This document shows, in pieces, positions 62,043 through 64,000 of a stretch of DNA of 64,000 nt; position 1 is the first letter of the stretch, and the number at the start of each line of letters is the position of its first letter. Position numbers and translations under genes: made by a program. Source of the DNA: a virus (lineage: Duplodnaviria; Caudoviricetes). The notes under the pieces were generated by a model. That model did no database searches and was not told the DNA's origin. It worked only from the letters and a program-made list of their open reading frames with translations. The DNA is taken from IMG/VR virus record IMGVR_UViG_3300028410_000746. One strand, 5' to 3'.

Positions 62043-64000
62043 TCAAACCTCTCCGAAGGTGCCGTCGCCGTCGCTGTCGAACTCAACATCCTGATCCGAC
62101 GACATCAGCACCTGCGTGGTCGAGTCCGTCGTGACCAGCTTCCCCGTCACATCGCGCGCGCGCACACGAAGGTCAAAGTCTCCGCCCGAAACGATCCCAT
62201 TGGGAGCCGTGATCTCGTACTCCGTGACCGGACCCAGAGCCTCCAGGTAATGGGCGAGAACGTCCGTGACCAGGAGAGCCCGATCGTAGACTGCAAAGTC
62301 CGAGACGATGCCTTGCATGCCCCTACCCAGATCCCACGTCGTAGGAAGCAACGCAGCTCCCCCCGAGTACGGCGTAGAAGCCTCCTGAGAGCCGTCAATG
62401 TAGATCCGCATCCAGCTACCGTCGTAAGTCAGGACGAGGTGGTAGGGCTCGCCTACCTCCCGGCCCGAGACCTGGAGCGACTTGGTGCCCCCCGTCGTGG
62501 TCAGGGTCCACGAGTACGTCCCATCCTCCAGGAGCTGTATCTCGTCTCCCAGAATGGCAGAAGCGCCCGGCGCTCGAACGTTGACCCACATCTCGATCGT
62601 CAGGGGGCCCGTGATGAGATTCCGGTACGCCAGCGTGGGAAGCGACACGTAACCCGAGTCCACGCGCGCAGCGTTCTCCAAATCCTTGGCGAGGTAGCCC
62701 AACGTATCCCTTGGGACTCCGTTGATGTAGCTGCCATGTGCCTGGAGTGGTCGGACGTCGTACGCGCGCGCGCCTGAGGCCTCATTGAGGGGGTAGTAGG
62801 CCAGCGGCTCATCCCCAAACACCAACGCAGGGTAGAACTGGCCGAAGATGCTCACGCTGGCCTGAGACGTATCCCGGTTGCCGAACGTATCCTCAATGGT
62901 GAAGTCGAACGTGGCGACTCCAAGGAACCCCGTGGCAGGTGTGAACAGGATCGTGTTGTTGATGCCGGTACCAATCAAGCTCGTGTTGCCCTCCACGCCC
63001 ACGCTGTCCACGCTCACGATCTTGAGCGGATCACCCTCAGGGTCTGAGGCCAATGCGATAGGGTTGAGGACCGCCGCCTGCTGGAAGATCACAGGCTGGA
63101 AGATCGGCAAGGCCACCGGAGCTTGGTTGGCCTCAATAGTCACCGTGATCGTCGCCGTATCCGTGAGCCCAAACTCGTCCGTGATCTCATAGTCGAACGA
63201 GTCCACGAACGGGGTCGCCAACAGGGGATGCACGTAGGAGATGAAGTCGTCGTACACACTCCCCACGTTACCGCCCACGTTGATCGACACGGTGCCGCCC
63301 TGAGCGCTTACAGGATCAGCGTTCGACACGAAGAACAGGTCGCCGTCCGGGTCGAAGTCGTTGGAGCGAGGGTCTACGTTGAGCACCTCACCCTCAGCTA
63401 CCGTGACGCTCAAGTCCGAGGCCACTGGTGCTTGGTTCGCGCCAACCTGGACCGTCACCTGAGCCGACTCAATCTGTCCGTAGGAGTCACGCGTCGTACA
63501 CGTCACGACATACGTACCCACCCCAGGGAACTGGAAGCTACCGGAGCGTGCCGTAGACGTCCCCGCCCCACCGAAATCCCAGAAGTAGGTGTAGCTCTTG
63601 TCAAAGCCCGTGGCTCCCGTCACCGACGCGCTGAAGGTGATCACCTCCGTAACAGGCAAGGACAGCGGAGAGACCGAGATGTTGAGCGTGTAGCTGATCA
63701 CCACCTGGACCGTACGGACCGTCGAGTTACCGAACGTGTCCGAGATCGTATAGGTGTAGCTGTCCAGACCCACGAAGCCGGGGTTTGGAGTGTAGAGAAG
63801 GCGATCGTCGCTCAGGTCTCCAGGGGTACCCCCCTCCACGCGCGTCACCACACCCGCTGAAGGCTGCGTGAAGCCCGTCAAGGTGATCACCTCACCCTCA
63901 GGGTCCGTGGCAGTCGCCAGGGGATCTACCTCACGCGGCGTGTCCAGAGGAGCCGATACGCGGAAGTTGACCGCTGACGGCGAGAAGTTGTTGACCCTCA
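62043..64000 (-). CDS. Large virion protein: tandem Ig/cadherin-like repeats, PKD and LamG domains (5' end outside window)
   Basis: YTPNPGFVGLDSYTYTISD, YFWDFG, NQAPVA repeats, DPDGD/DPEGD, PLAYYPLNE...TIEMWV...YHLVLTYDG...IYIDG; frame is open to the window edge. Confidence 0.85.
   Translation of the reverse strand, partial: RVNNFSPSAVNFRVSAPLDTPREVDPLATATDPEGEVITLTGFTQPSAGVVTRVEGGTPGDLSDDRLLYTPNPGFVGLDSYTYTISDTFGNSTVRTVQVVISYTLNISVSPLSLPVTEVITFSASVTGATGFDKSYTYFWDFGGAGTSTARSGSFQFPGVGTYVVTCTTRDSYGQIESAQVTVQVGANQAPVASDLSVTVAEGEVLNVDPRSNDFDPDGDLFFVSNADPVSAQGGTVSINVGGNVGSVYDDFISYVHPLLATPFVDSFDYEITDEFGLTDTATITVTIEANQAPVALPIFQPVIFQQAAVLNPIALASDPEGDPLKIVSVDSVGVEGNTSLIGTGINNTILFTPATGFLGVATFDFTIEDTFGNRDTSQASVSIFGQFYPALVFGDEPLAYYPLNEASGARAYDVRPLQAHGSYINGVPRDTLGYLAKDLENAARVDSGYVSLPTLAYRNLITGPLTIEMWVNVRAPGASAILGDEIQLLEDGTYSWTLTTTGGTKSLQVSGREVGEPYHLVLTYDGSWMRIYIDGSQEASTPYSGGAALLPTTWDLGRGMQGIVSDFAVYDRALLVTDVLAHYLEALGPVTEYEITAPNGIVSGGDFDLRVRARDVTGKLVTTDSTTQVLMSSDQDVEFDSDGDGTFGEV

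Noticed and set aside
1-64000. Genome-wide TAG reassignment (code 15)
   Set aside because: Long genes are open under code 11 and several genes end in TAG followed by properly initiated neighbours; only one internal TAG was found.

Overview
This window looks like a 64-kb slice of a large, GC-rich tailed phage genome, probably a myovirus; the host cannot be identified from the sequence. Essentially every credible gene is on the minus strand. Left to right: replication genes (DnaB-like, DnaC-like, SNF2 helicase); a lysis-like membrane cassette containing a complete histidine kinase/receiver pair; large baseplate and tail-fibre genes (8-22.8 kb, 25.5-33.9 kb); cassettes of small genes, each behind a copy of one conserved promoter; an accessory island (orphan HigA-like and DUF433 antitoxins, AlkB-like oxygenase, two Pth2-like genes); a tRNA/ncRNA cluster (51.7-56.2 kb); and more virion genes. 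Main highlights: (1) a cas-less type I-E CRISPR set of three promoter-driven mini-arrays (7, 2 and 3 repeats) plus two solitary repeats, with one spacer reading as a helicase DEAH motif from another genome; (2) an amber-suppressor tRNA (CUA) near a Pth2-like gene that begins ATG-TCG-TAG; (3) two circularly permuted tRNA-mimic RNAs resembling Y RNAs, plus two tRNA-like RNAs with large inserts replacing the anticodon loop; (4) the two-component pair in the lysis-like cassette. All calls were made by eye, without database searches.
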